Source of the DNA: Phyllosticta citribraziliensis
Lineage: Eukaryota
NCBI RefSeq assembly: GCF_038025025.1
Contig: NW_027117348.1
Location: 1,426,001-1,490,000 of the forward strand
DNA: 64,000 nucleotides
Reading direction: 5' to 3'
Shown here: one piece after another, positions 25,469 to 37,709 of the stretch
Layout: every line of letters begins with the position of its first letter
Position numbering within the stretch: the stretch's first letter is position 1
Program-made: the position numbers and the translations under genes
The notes under the pieces: generated by a model
Told to the model about the DNA's origin: nothing
The model's input: the letters and a program-made list of their open reading frames with translations, nothing else
Database searches by the model: none

Positions 25469-27246
25469 TATGACGTGTGGGGACGGGTATCGCGGAGTGG
25501 TTGGCGGGGGAGGTCGAGGTTGCAGAGGAGACGAGGTGTGGTGGTTGTGGTGGTGTTGGCGCAAGCGAGGCGCGTCTGACAAAGCTGAAACCATGCAGAG
25601 GCTCTCTCTGCTCACGCAGCACAGGGCCGCAAGGCGAGCTACACGACATTGGTAAGGACGCTTTGCCAAATTGTCAAGGCCATTTCTGTCGACGACTTTT
25701 CGTGTGCATTATCGTATCCATCAGACACGACGCGATGGAGTGAGGACAGCCCTATCTCGAGGGGGAAGGTGGGACTGGGCGTCGATCGAGAGGCAGAGGG
25801 TCAGGTCGATTGAGGGGCGGCGTGTTGCACTGTCAAACGGAGGCATATTAGAAATCGCCGATCGGCAGTACATGTAGTTAGTGCCTTGTAGGCAAAGGCA
25901 GGAGTAGAATAACCGGGTGAGAGTGCAACAAAGGGAGAGGCGTCGGTCGTCCGGACGGACATAAGGCTGGACCTGGGCAGGGCAGCACACAGGACAGACA
26001 AGGCAGACGGGGACGGACGGGGCGACAAGGGGCACGGGAAACACGGGTGGAGTAGCAGAGCGGCGAGCAGGATGAAGAAGGCGGTAAGGCTGAGAGGATT
26101 GGGAGCCCTGGGGGAGGTGAGTCGTTGAGAGTTGACGATTGTTTCTTTTCGCACATGTACATGGCCATCGCTCTACCTACAGTACCTCGAGGGCATCAGT
26201 TGTAAGGAACAGACCTGACGGTACAGTCATGGGCTGGACTCCTCCCGCCGTCAGGTCAGTCAGGTCAGTCAGGTCAGTCAGGTCAGGTCGGTCGGCCCTT
26301 CGATTTGGCCGTCTGGTGCCCTACTTGGGTACATTACAGTACCCTTCCCTTCCCTTGGTGCCTCCCACACGGCATACGGTACCCATCCATCTCTCGACCA
26401 AGTCCAATCCGACTCGACTCTTCATCCTCAACTCTCCTCCGCTCTCCTCTCTCTCCTCTCCCGCCCACTTCATCCCATCACATCACTTTGCATCGCATCT
26501 GCACCGCGCGCGTCCCGCCCTGCTGGCCAGCTCCCGCCCTGCTGCACTCTGCACTCTGCGCTGCACGCTCCTCGCTGTGCAACCTTGGCCAGCCTACCAC
26601 CACGAGCTCCGAATCCGACTCTTCGTCCTCGACGCCAACTGCCGTCGTCGTCCCCAAGGCAAGTTACGCCGCCCTCGTACACGCCGCTGTCAGCTGCGCG
26701 CTGCCCCCAAGCCCTCAGCCCTCCCCTCTCTCTCGCCCTCTCTCGCTCCGTGACTTGGTTGCGCCGTCAGCCTTGTCCCATTGCTGACCTGGACCGTAGG
26801 GCTGAAGAGCGTTCCCGGCGGAAACCCGTGCTCCCCGTCACGTATCACCTCTCACACACGCTGCCGCCGCCCGCCCGCCCTAGACCTCCAAGGTCCTACC
26901 TGTCGGCCCTCGAATTGATTTACCCTCGACATACCGTACCCAACCCGCCACTACTGCCATTGCTGCCGCTACCGCTACCGCTACCTCCTACTACCCTACC
27001 GCTAGGCCTGCCGCTGCCGCTCGTTGCCGCTGCTCCTCCACAAACTCAAAACCCACAACTCGCATACCCCTCGCTGTTTCTGCTGCTCACCCCCCAAGCT
27101 CGTCCTCCCCGGGGACTCCCTCCATCCTCCCGCTCCTCCCGGCCACTAGCCGCTGAGCCCTCATTCTTTGCTCGCCGCCACTGCCCGCACGACTCAGCTG
27201 GCGGCGCCTTGCGCTTCACGCTTGCCTCCGTCCTCCCCCCCCCTAA

Positions 27247-29398
27247 ATGGACATGTCGCACGCAACGTCGACGCCGGCCATTCGAATATATGATTCTGGC
27301 GCCCACCACTCACATTTCACCATTCCGCGCCGGTCGTCGTCGTATGCAACTCCCACCGCCATTCCCATGGCCATCCCCAACGCAAGAGATTCCCCTCCGC
27401 CGCCCTTGCCTCCGCCGCGTCACATCACCGAGTTGAGCGAGGGACAGGACCCGGGCTGGCAGTGGGGCAATGGCCCGAATAGCTTGTCTTTCGGGAAGAA
27501 TTCCTTTGGCTCGGTTAAGCCGGGCTCGAGTCTGCTGGGCGGTCAGGTAAAACGCACCCAGCCCTCCTTTGACGAGGGCGACTATGGAACGGCCGCCCGG
27601 AGAGGAAGCTCCCTTTCCACCGTCAAGCCCCAAGATACCGACATGGGCACCGACTCCCAGAGCCACCACAGCGACGACGATCGCCCAGATCTCCCCAGAC
27701 CCTCGCTGGCCAACCACAGGTGAGTTGCTCGTAAACATCTGCTGGTCGTTTTTGCCCCCACTCTAACACTTGCCCAGGCTGCAAAGCGAACGCCAGCTGG
27801 GCCAGCGGTCGCTCGAGGACTCGTCCCAGGCGTACGACAAGCAACTCCTCTCCAAGATTGGCGGTCCCAACACCCCAACCCGAAGCTCGGGCTCGGGTTT
27901 CCTGTCGACGAGCGCCCAAGAAACATCGACCAGTCCGCACAATACACTGAGCAAGCTCAATGGCCAGCTCAAGCCATTGTCCATGCCCGAGAGGCGAATG
28001 AACTCGATAGATCTCTCTGCAGCTGGTTGGCCACCCAGTTCCGGTGGAATTTCGCCCGGCCAGACCGGCTTCCGCAGTCCAATCTACGGTCCAGCTCCTA
28101 GCGAACATCCTCGACCGTACGGCAGCGTTTCAGGCCCGGCCGGCTATGACGAGCCGCACTCGCACCGAGGGAGCTACGATCACACCGTCTTCCTGGAGCC
28201 CGACTTCGCCATGGAAGAAAACGGGATGCGCGACTTGAACCTCAACGACCGCAGTCCTGCCGGCTCGGACGAGTACCAGCTTAGCTCTCACGGCGGCCTC
28301 AAGAGACGGGCTTCTTCACCGCCCTCTGAAGCCGCCCGCGAGGACCGCCCCAGCGGTGGCAATGACCTTTACCACCGTCGCTCTGCTCAGATGCTGGTAA
28401 ACCGCAACTCGCCCATTTCCCGGTTCCACACCAACCACGGCTCCGTGTCGTCGACCTCGTCCATTGGACAGCGCAACGGCTCCCTCGGGTCGTCGTACGG
28501 CCTGTCGGTTGCCAGCAGCGCGACGAGCTACCACACCGACAGGCTGTCGCCCAGCACCCTCTCCCCTGCTGTAGACGAGTTCGGCCCGATTTCTCCGTAT
28601 TCCACCACGAGATCGCTCAACCCGAGCCCACGCGGATCCCTGTCCAAAATCCACCACCAGCGTGGGCTGTCTGGTGAAGAAGCGATGCATGCACGCAAGT
28701 TGTCTGCTGACAGCTTGGCGCATTCGCGTCAAAATAGCGTCTCCAAGCTCCAGGGAATGTACATTTGCGAGTGCTGCCCCAAGAAGCCCAAAAAATTTGA
28801 CAGTGAGGACGAGCTCCGGTAAGGACTGCCCCGCGTCCGGTCGATGCGTCGCTAATATGCTTGCAGGCTGCATGAAATGGAGAAGCAATACACGTGCCAA
28901 TACTGCCCAAACCGGTTCAAAAACAAGAACGAGGCGGAGCGGCACCAAAACTCGCTGCACCTGCGCCGGCACTCGTGGTCGTGCGCGGCCTTGTCTGGAG
29001 TGCAGGCGGCCTTTCACCCGTCAACGGTGCATCCTCAGGCTGCAGACGTCTGTGGATACTGCGGTGAGGAGTTTCCGAACCCCGCCAACTGGGATGTCCG
29101 GGGCGACCATCTCAACCACGTGCACAAGTTCGGCGAGTGCAACCAGGCCAAGAAGTTTTACCGCGCAGATCACTTCCGCCAGCACCTCAAGCACAGCCAC
29201 GCTGGCACGAGCGGAAAGTGGACAAACATGCTCGAGAACGCCTGTATGAAGGACGAGCCCCCACCGCCAAAGGACCGCCTGCCCTCGGTTGCCTCGTTGC
29301 CCGGAGCGCCCCCAATCGCCCAGCAGCAGGCAGCCGCCGCCCTCTCCGTTGCCGTTCCCAAGCCGGGCGTCATCAGCGAAGCGCGAGACGAGTCGTAA
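27247..29398 (+). CDS. C2H2 zinc-finger transcription factor (3 exons; introns 27720..27777 and 28819..28866)
   Basis: Ser/Pro-rich N-terminus, then CECCPKKPKKF, YTCQYCPNRFKNKNEAERHQNSLH, CGYCGEEF..HLNHVH and FYRADHFRQHLKHSH. Canonical splice signals join the three ORFs in frame. Confidence 0.9.
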
Positions 29399-32300
29399 TG
29401 TTTGTCGTTGAATCTTTTCTTGCCATCATGATTTGACGGGAGGCGCCTTGATGCCCATCTCCTGCGTTGCATACCACGCCGGCGCACCATCATGACACGT
29501 ACAACTCTCTTGGTCAGTCTGTTTCTTTTTTCATATCATTACAACTAGTCCTTGGCATGGGTGGATATAAAAGTACCATGTTGGGGGGAGGACTCTCTAG
29601 GCCTGCTCAAAATTATCGTCACATCATCATCATCGCGCGCTTTTTGATCATCACCTCATACTCATCATCATTATCATCATACCATCATCCAAACATTTTG
29701 GGGTCTGGGAACAACTGTTTTTTGCCCTTGTTGTTGTCGCCTTCTGCTCCGGAGCATCCCCCTTGACATGACGTCCCGTCAAAGATGACCTCTCGACCGA
29801 CAAAAAGATTTTTCTTCTTGGTTGAGCTCTTTTTTTCTTATCTTCGTTCTTCTTTTTCCTATACTCCGTAATTTCTTCCCCTCTCCTTTCCTTCCTTGAT
29901 TCGGACGATGTCATGACGGCGTTATTTTTTCTTTTGATTCGTTTCCCTCCCCTCCCCCTCCCTCCTGCCCTCCCTTTCCTTGCGGGCTGGACTGGACAGG
30001 ACTGGACGATGATACTTTTTGCGGTTGATTTTGGGTGGGTATACAGTTTTTTACATTTCTAGTTTTTCGGATTTTTGGGGGGTGGGGTGGGATGCGGTTT
30101 GATGGATGGGGTGGTGTGGCGTAGGATGAGAGCTATCTGCTGTCAGCTGGCTGCTGCCTTGAATTTTTGTCGTCTCGTCGGTGGTTCGGTATCACCGCCA
30201 GAGAGACGGGAGTGCTTGGGGTGTGGGGGTGGGGTTGGGGTTGGGATTGAGAAAGTAGGCTGCCTGCGATGGTGGGATGGTGGGATGGATGGATGGATGG
30301 AGGGATGGATAGTTTTGATACTACCGTATCTATGGATGCTGCTCCCCCTGCTTTTGTGGGTGTCTTTTGACCACGTCGTTGGAGAGGTGGGGAGGGTGCT
30401 CGTAAACTGGCAGATGTGTAGACAGGCAGGCAAGTCAAGTCTGGAGTGAAACACTTTACACACACACACACATACATGTATATACAGGTACTCACGTAGA
30501 AAGAAGAAGACGCAGAGAAGCCAACGTCCGTCCTTTCCACCTGCCTGCCCCTCTGTTTCCATAGTCCATCGCACAGATGAAGAAATACTATATATAGCAG
30601 TAAAAGATGCTAAGGCAAGCAACCCCCCTTCATCTCCGTCGTCTGCGTAGCTTGTTCACGAGCATGACTGACGTGACTATGTGTGCTACTTGGTTCATCT
30701 ATCTATTCGGTCTGTCACAAAGATTTGTTTACTGTTACTTATGGCGTTGACTCCGCTACGCTCTGCTCTGCTGACCTCCTTGGCCCTTGCGCCTGAGGTT
30801 GGGATGGACGTAGAAAGACGGGGGGGAGGGAGAGAGGGAGAGAGAGAGAGAGAAAGTGTGTGTGTGTGTGTGTGTTGTGTGGGTGTGGGGAGGAGGAGCA
30901 GAGAGAGCAAGTGCCGAAAAACAGCTAAACTGCCGTGAATGGTTGATTATGTTGCTTGGGCGTGCCTGACTGGCTAGGAAATTGACGGGCTGGGCTGGGC
31001 TGACTGACGGGCAGGCGCGGGATACCAGCAGCGTAGACACAGCAAAGCATTATCGCAGGGAAGAGATGAGTGCACCAATACATCTCCATCTCCTTCCTGC
31101 TAGCCCCTCTCTTGAACGTCTGTATTTCTCCTCTTCTTCTTCTTCTCCTCCTCTCCCTCCCATCTCGTCTCATTCCTCCCATCAAGTTTCTCCCCCAACT
31201 CCTCCCTCTGCCGAAACTTTAGCCCAATCGTCCAGCTGTCCCGGACCCAGCGCCGAGTGGCGCATGCGTGCATGCGTGCATATGTGCAACGAGGCTGAGG
31301 CGCCCGCCCGTAGGGCTGGGTTGGGCTGACACACTGTCGAGCTGGACTGGGCTGAGGTGGGGTGGGGTGCGGTGGGGTAGGGAGTGGATGTGGGCGAGTG
31401 AGAGGAGGAAGAGTAACAGCAGGTGTAACAGGAAGGGTATGAGTTTTGGCGGAGCGTGCAATGAATGGATGGACGGGTAGACGGATAGAGCATTTGTCCG
31501 CCTTTGCGATGTGGGCGTCCCGTTGCTGTTGCTGTCGACTTCACAACACATCGTCAACAAACATCTCAAGACGCGTGAGAGTTGCACCTAGACACAACAC
31601 AGCAGCAGCAGCGGGAGTCGGACAGAGCCAAAGGCAGAGAGACAGACGGACAGATCGAACATGCGCGTGCGGCGCTGGCCATGTCACCATCTGCCGCCGC
31701 AGCGAAGACATGCGGGCAGGTCCAGCCAGCAGTATCTACCGTGCCCGTTTGGCATGAGTGAGATGGATCTGCGGCGGACAGGACAGGAGCCAAGAAGGGC
31801 AGGTAGGTAAGGTAGCTCAGAGTATGGTGCGTGCGTGCGTGCGTGCGTGCGTGCGTGGGGAGGAGTGGGAGGTCCAGGCGATGTGATGTGGGGAATGTAA
31901 GCTGACGGCTGGATAGCCCAGAGAAGAGTGATTGACCAAGTGTTGCGGTGGAATTGATGGAGTGTTCATTGTCTGAGGGATTCTTGGGCGGTGGAGTGCT
32001 GTGTGGAGCAACCACAAAGATTGTTTGAGTGCATGTGAGGAGTGGAAGGGTGGTTTATACATCTCGGAGAGACTCATCAGACGTTGAATCGGCGACTCTT
32101 CCATCTCCTCTCATGCCCTCGGGAGACGCTGGTGGGCCGAGATGCTGCGATGCCGGGCAACCGTGTATCACCATGTACCTGCACCAAAGTAGAAGTCTTC
32201 TGGGCACTCGTCAGCCCATCAACCTCTTCATCTCGACAGGGCACATTTCCGATGCCCATCTCCCGCCTGGATCGAATTCAGCAGTCAGTCGTGGTCGACA

Positions 32301-32908
32301 TTGCCGTTGCGTGCATGCGGAATCTTTTTCTCCGGGTCCTGGAGGGGGCCGAGGCTCGTATCGGCACGGCGTGTGGGACCAAGGGCAGAACAAAAGACGC
32401 GCAACCTCTGACGACGAAAACGAGAAAGACGAGTTGCACAATTCGACAGACGGAGAGAATGATGGACGGTATAAGCTCGCCAAGACCCCCTTGGCCGCTC
32501 TTGGGTCTTTCACCACGCCAACGGGTGGAGCCTTGGGAGCGGTGCTCTCATTGCTGACCGGGGCCTGGAAGAATTTGGGTGAGCAGAGGTCATTTGGCCC
32601 GTAATACTCGGGAGTTGCGACGGCCATTGTATTGGACGTACTCATCCAGCCCGCAAAAAATTCCCTCGCCTTGCTGCGGTCAGCATCGTGTGTGGTGGCC
32701 TCGTGTCACTCGCTAAGCCGCTGACTGCGTCGGACGCTCGTTGCCGGAGCACTTCTAGGACACCCGTCTGCGACATCCGCACAGAGACAGCCACTGAGCA
32801 TAAAGGCATTGATTGATGCGATATGACGAGTCAGGTAGGAGTCGATTCTGGCTTTGTCCACCACGGCTGTGCGGTGTTTTGCACGGCATCATCTGGTGAT
32901 TCCAGTGC

Positions 32909-33609
32909 CTAAGGGTCACCAGATGGGACGGATGGAAAGGTTGCGGGATTGGAGATGCGCTCCCGGTTCCTCTTGGCGGCTTCGGCATCTCGTATGCGCT
33001 TGATTCGCATCTGGTAAAAGTTCCTGGAAACTGTTATGACCTTCCCGATATTGCGTTGGAGCTTGACTCACTTGTGAAGAGTGTAGATGCGAGGCCCTAC
33101 CTCAGTCTGGGATTCAGACTTTTCCGAGAGCGATTTGATCTGACGGCGTGAGACGGGCAGTAACAGTCGGGTTGCAAATGCTCACCTTGTCTTCCTTTTC
33201 CTTTTCATCCTTCTTGTCCTCCTCCTCTTCGTCCTTCTTCTCTTGCTTGTCTTTGCCCTTTTCTTTCTCCTTCTTCTTACGCTTCTCCTGCTTCAGCCTC
33301 TGTCTTTCCTCGTACTCTTTCTTGACCTTTTCGATTTCCTTGTCGAGCTCCTCTTTCTTCTTCTTTTCTTCTATGGCGGCGGCCTCGTCGGCGTCGGGTG
33401 TGCAAAATCCCCTGTCCTTCAAGTGTCCGGGACAAATGTAGAAAAAGTCCTGCCACTCATCAGAAGGTTGCTCGGGCGTATTCGTCAATCAACCGGACCT
33501 TGCTGTCGGGCGTGATTAGCACGCTCGAAGAGGGCTTGTAGCATATCCAGCAGGCCCTGGTCTGCGTCTCAGCCACGCGCCTATGATGCCAGATATTTGT
33601 CAAAGCCAT
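32909..33609 (-). CDS. VFA1: VPS4-associated protein 1 (Vfa1/DUF1742), 4 exons
   Basis: MALTNIWHHRRVAETQTRACWICYKPSSSVLITPD, DFFYICPGHLKDRGFCTP, a Lys/Glu coiled coil, PRIYTLHK|NFYQMR and FPSVP near the stop. Confidence 0.85.
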
Positions 33610-33804
33610 TGTGACGGGTGCTCGCAGTGCCTGAGGGTGCTGTGACGAGGCTGAGAACGTCGGCGGTGGATGACGGTCCCTTGGTCGTTCAGGAGCTTGG
33701 GGCGCCAGACGGCACTAGCGTCCCCAAACACTATCGATAACGCGTCTCCGAATCTTTCATCACGGACCGTGGTTCGTGCAGACCGCTGTGCCGCCTCGAA
33801 CCAT

Positions 33805-33811
33805 TGACTCA
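33805..33811 (+). promoter_or_regulatory. Gcn4/CpcA (cross-pathway control) consensus site TGACTCA upstream of ARG4
   Basis: Exact TGACTCA about 65 nt before the ARG4 ATG. Amino-acid biosynthetic genes are established Gcn4/CpcA targets. Confidence 0.55.
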
Positions 33812-33874
33812 CCCACAACTCGAAAGACCCTGTGCAATCCGCTTTCAACAATCAATTCTTTGCCTAGCATCAAC

Positions 33875-35326
33875 ATGTCCGATTCCAAGCCCAGCAAGAC
33901 CATGCTCTGGGGAGGCCGCTTCACCGGTAACTTTTTCTCTTCCAAACACCCCATTTCAATGCTAACCAGCACAGGCGGCCTCGACCCCCTCATGGTGGCC
34001 TACAACGAGTCCATCTACCACGACCGCGCCTTCTACGCCCAGGACATTGCCGGCAGCGTCGCCTACGCGCGGCAAAACGCCAAGCTGGGCATCTTGACGC
34101 AAGACGAGTTTGCCGCCATCGAAAAGGGCTTTGGACAAGTCAAGGAGGAGTGGGCGAGCGGACGCTTCGAGATCCGGCCGGGCGTCGACGAGGACATTCA
34201 CACGGCCAACGAGCGGCGGCTGGGCGAGATCATCGGCACGCACATTGCGGGCAAGCTGCACACGGGGCGCAGCCGCAACGACCAAGTGGCCACGGACCTG
34301 CGCATGTGGCTGCGCGAGGAGCTGCGCAAGATTGAGGCGCACCTGGTCGAGTTTCTGAGCGTCGTGGCCAAGCGCGCCGAGAAGGAGATCGACCCAGTCA
34401 TGCCCGGCTACACGCACCTGCAGCGGGCGCAGCCCATCCGCTGGGCCCACTGGATGCTGTCGTTTGGTCACCAGTTTGCGCTGGACCTGGAGCGCCTGCG
34501 CGAGGTGGTCAAGCGCGTCAACCGCTGCCCGCTGGGCTGTGGCGCGCTGGCCGGCAACCCGTTTGGCATTGACCGCGAGGCGCTGGCGCAGGAACTGGGC
34601 TTTGAAGGAATCGTCTACAACAGCATGGCAGGCGTCGGCGACCGCGACTTTGCTCTCGAGGCCATGCAGTGGGGATCGACCATCATGATGCACCTGAGCC
34701 GGTGGGCCGAGGACCTCATCATCTACTCGAGCGCCGAGTTTGGCTTTGTGCGCCTCGCCGACGCGTACAGCACGGGCAGCAGCCTGATGCCGCAAAAGAA
34801 GAACCCGGACAGCCTGGAGCTGCTGCGCGGCAAGGCGGGGCGGGCGTTTGGCCAAATGGCGGGCCTGCAAATGACCATCAAGGGCATTCCGAGCACGTAC
34901 AACAAGGACCTGCAGGAGAGCGTCGAGCCGCTCATCGACCACGTCAAGACCGTCTCGGACAGCATCCAGATCGCGACGGGCGTCATCTCGACCCTCGACA
35001 TCAACGCCGACGCCATGCGCAAGGCCCTGACGCCCGACATGCTGGCCACCGACCTCGCCGACTACCTCGTCCGCAAGGGCGTCCCCTTTCGCGAGACGCA
35101 CCACATCTCCGGCCGCTGCGTCGCCCTGGCCGAGAAGGAGCAGGTCCCCATGGACACGCTGTCGCTCGAGCAGCTGCAGGCCATTGACTCGCGCTTCGGC
35201 CCGGACATTATCGAGTCGTTTGACTACGAGAAGAGCGTCGAGATGCGCTCGGCCAAGGGCGGCACCAGCAAGTCGTCGGTGCTGGAGCAGATTGCCGTGC
35301 TCAAGAAGACCCTCGAGGCCAATTAA
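33875..35326 (+). CDS. ARG4: Argininosuccinate lyase (one 48-nt intron, 33927..33974)
   Basis: [54 protein letters not shown], and the signature [23 protein letters not shown]. Confidence 0.97.
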   Translation: MSDSKPSKTMLWGGRFTGNFFSSKHPISMLTSTGGLDPLMVAYNESIYHDRAFYAQDIAGSVAYARQNAKLGILTQDEFAAIEKGFGQVKEEWASGRFEIRPGVDEDIHTANERRLGEIIGTHIAGKLHTGRSRNDQVATDLRMWLREELRKIEAHLVEFLSVVAKRAEKEIDPVMPGYTHLQRAQPIRWAHWMLSFGHQFALDLERLREVVKRVNRCPLGCGALAGNPFGIDREALAQELGFEGIVYNSMAGVGDRDFALEAMQWGSTIMMHLSRWAEDLIIYSSAEFGFVRLADAYSTGSSLMPQKKNPDSLELLRGKAGRAFGQMAGLQMTIKGIPSTYNKDLQESVEPLIDHVKTVSDSIQIATGVISTLDINADAMRKALTPDMLATDLADYLVRKGVPFRETHHISGRCVALAEKEQVPMDTLSLEQLQAIDSRFGPDIIESFDYEKSVEMRSAKGGTSKSSVLEQIAVLKKTLEAN

Positions 35327-36317
35327 GCGGAGGGCATGCGTTGACTCGTGTCACGAATAATGTTTACGATAGTATGGAGCGTAGGAAGCGACACCGCGGT
35401 GTTGGAAGTGGGGCAAAAAAGAACTAACGGGTGTTTGGACTTGGGGAAATAGTTCATGTACAATTTTGCGTCAAAAATGGCATCCAGAACAAACTGTCGA
35501 TTGTAGAGCATCTCTTAAAAACCGACTTGCCTGGACGCACCGTCTGCCAACAGCTCGGTGTCATCACCGTCAGCATCTATCTCTTACCTGCTGCTCGTCG
35601 CCCGTCACCCACCGTCTGCACAATTTGTCCTTTCAGCCATCCTCCGCCGCAGAGCCCGAGGCTCAGCTGCAGCCATCGGCATCATCGTGGCGTGCCCACT
35701 GCCTGTGTGGTCTTTGATTTGGACGGACAGCCCCCTATGCGTTGGTACCGAAGTATCTATAGTTTGCACGCAAGCGGCAAAAGTCCCGACGACGGCAAAG
35801 TGTCAAGGCACGTGGGCAGCATACCATTCGGTAGGCAAGACACGGTGGTAGACACCTAAGCTCAGCTACCTGCCTACCACGCAGGCAGGCAAGCGCAGGC
35901 AGTTGGTCGCTCCATGGCACGCACGTTGTGGCGCCGCGCCCACGTGCAGCTAAATCGAGCAGCAGGTCAGCCACGCGAGCGGGCCGGGGACTTCGCACAC
36001 ACGGCGCCCATAAAGAGCGGACGTTACGGCGACGCTTCCAGGCTTGAGGATATTGTGCGCTGAACTGCTGCAGTCGCATTTGCCATGCTTTTCTGGGCTG
36101 GATGTCTGGGGATCAGCCGACACCGGTCTCAGCATTCACCCCCTTAACATCTTTTTTTTTTTTTTTTTTCTTTCAAAATTTGCAGCAGTAGCTTATCATA
36201 CCAGATATCTCTATTCATTCTGATAACTTCTGCAATCGCGGAGATGGTGCTGAGCTCGCGTTTGTCCTTTGTGCGTGCAATTTATGGTATTTTCTATTTT
36301 TCTCTCTTCCAACAACT

Positions 36318-36389
36318 GGCCGCGTGGCCCAATGGCAAGGCGCTTGACTACGAATCAAGAGATTGCAGGTTCGATCCCTGCCGTGGTCA
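36318..36389 (+). tRNA. tRNA-Arg(ACG), intronless
   Basis: GGCCGCG/CGTGGTC acceptor stem, D arm TGGCCCAATGGCAAGGC, anticodon arm CTTGA-CT-ACG-AA-TCAAG, T arm GCAGG-TTCGATC-CCTGC, followed by a T-run terminator. Confidence 0.96.
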
Positions 36390-37709
36390 TTTAGACATGT
36401 TCTTTTGCCCATGAGTCCTGGTGTTGTTGTGGTGGAGCTCTGAGGGCGTGGGCGATCTTTTTGCGCGGCGGTACGGCGGCGGGCGGTTTAGCGAGACGAC
36501 GGCATGTGACAACGACGCGGCTGGCGCAGAATGGCGTCAAGAGTGAACTGCTGAATGCTAAGCTTGCATGCCGGTCGTCGGAGGTTTGCTTTTCAAAAGT
36601 CAACGGCGCGGCGGAGGGTGTCGCACGACTTTGGGTCCGGGGAAGCTGGAGATGCCCTGTCAACTAGGTAGGCAGCGCGCAGGCCGCGAGTTTAAGGGGT
36701 TGAAAGGGGGCTGCAAGTATTGATATTGGTGGTCCGGGTCTGCCAAGGGTGTACACGTCAAGTGAAGCATGTCGTGCGAATGAGATTTTGGCTGATCACT
36801 GGGGCAAAGCGATTCGAGGAACGGCGGGCTTGCTGGCAGGGGCTGCTTCGTGTCTTGATCAATTGCTCTGGCCGGTGGTCCGGGGAGAGGGAGGTGGAAG
36901 CATCGGGTCCAGACTGGCTTGATTGTTGAGGACAAAGCAAAAGTGGGCGAGCTGACCATGCGGCTCTCGTGTTCCAATATGGTTGGGTTGAGGCCTGGGG
37001 CGCATTCCTGCAGCTGCATCATCATGTGAACATTAATTGAGGCTGGGCCGGATGCAAGGCAAGAAGAGTGTTCAGGTACAGGCAGGTCATCCCGGCGCAG
37101 ATCGCGGAGCAGATGGACGTCGCGGCTCGGCGGCGAGGCGGATGGAAATGTCGGAGTTGCGAGCGGTGGCGGATGCAGGTTTGCGACGTCGAGGACGACC
37201 TGAGAGCTGCGCGTCATGGAACTGGAGATGATGGAGACGGTGGAGCAGCGGTTGGCGTCCAAAAACGTAACCAGGCGGGCGTGGAACGAGGGGTAGCTAC
37301 GCGTGGCCAAGCGAGGCAGGTTTGGCGAGCAGTTCCCCTTGGGGTAGCTGAGATGATGGTGTCATAACAGAGGCACGGCCCGCCTCTCGGGGCTGCTCGG
37401 CCTTCTGGCCGCTCGCGTCTGCGTCATGCTGACCACAACTCCACGCCAAATCCGGTTGTCTGCGAAAGGCCAGAATCGAAGAATCCGTCGGAAAAACATC
37501 CCAGCGCCAGTCCTTGACGTCTGCGCTGCGTACCGTGTCCGTACCCAGCCTGGCGCTTCTCCACGTGCGTGCCGTCTGTCAACCTCCCGCCGCTCCGTCT
37601 TCGCCCCGACCATCCACGCCTCAACGCCCAAATATTAGGCTCCTCGCCCCTCGAGCGCCGCTGAGCGCTTCCTCCTCCCTCCCCATCTTCCCACCCCTTC
37701 ACACTCCCA

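Noticed and set aside
32029..32645. ORFs 32211..32645 (-) and 32029..32604 (+)
   Set aside because: No recognisable domain or splice-supported model. A small orphan gene cannot be excluded without RNA data.
33962..35104. 380-aa antisense ORF over ARG4, and similar shadows over GUT2, RUS1 and 62243..63067
   Set aside because: Expected by-product of high GC3 on the real coding strand.
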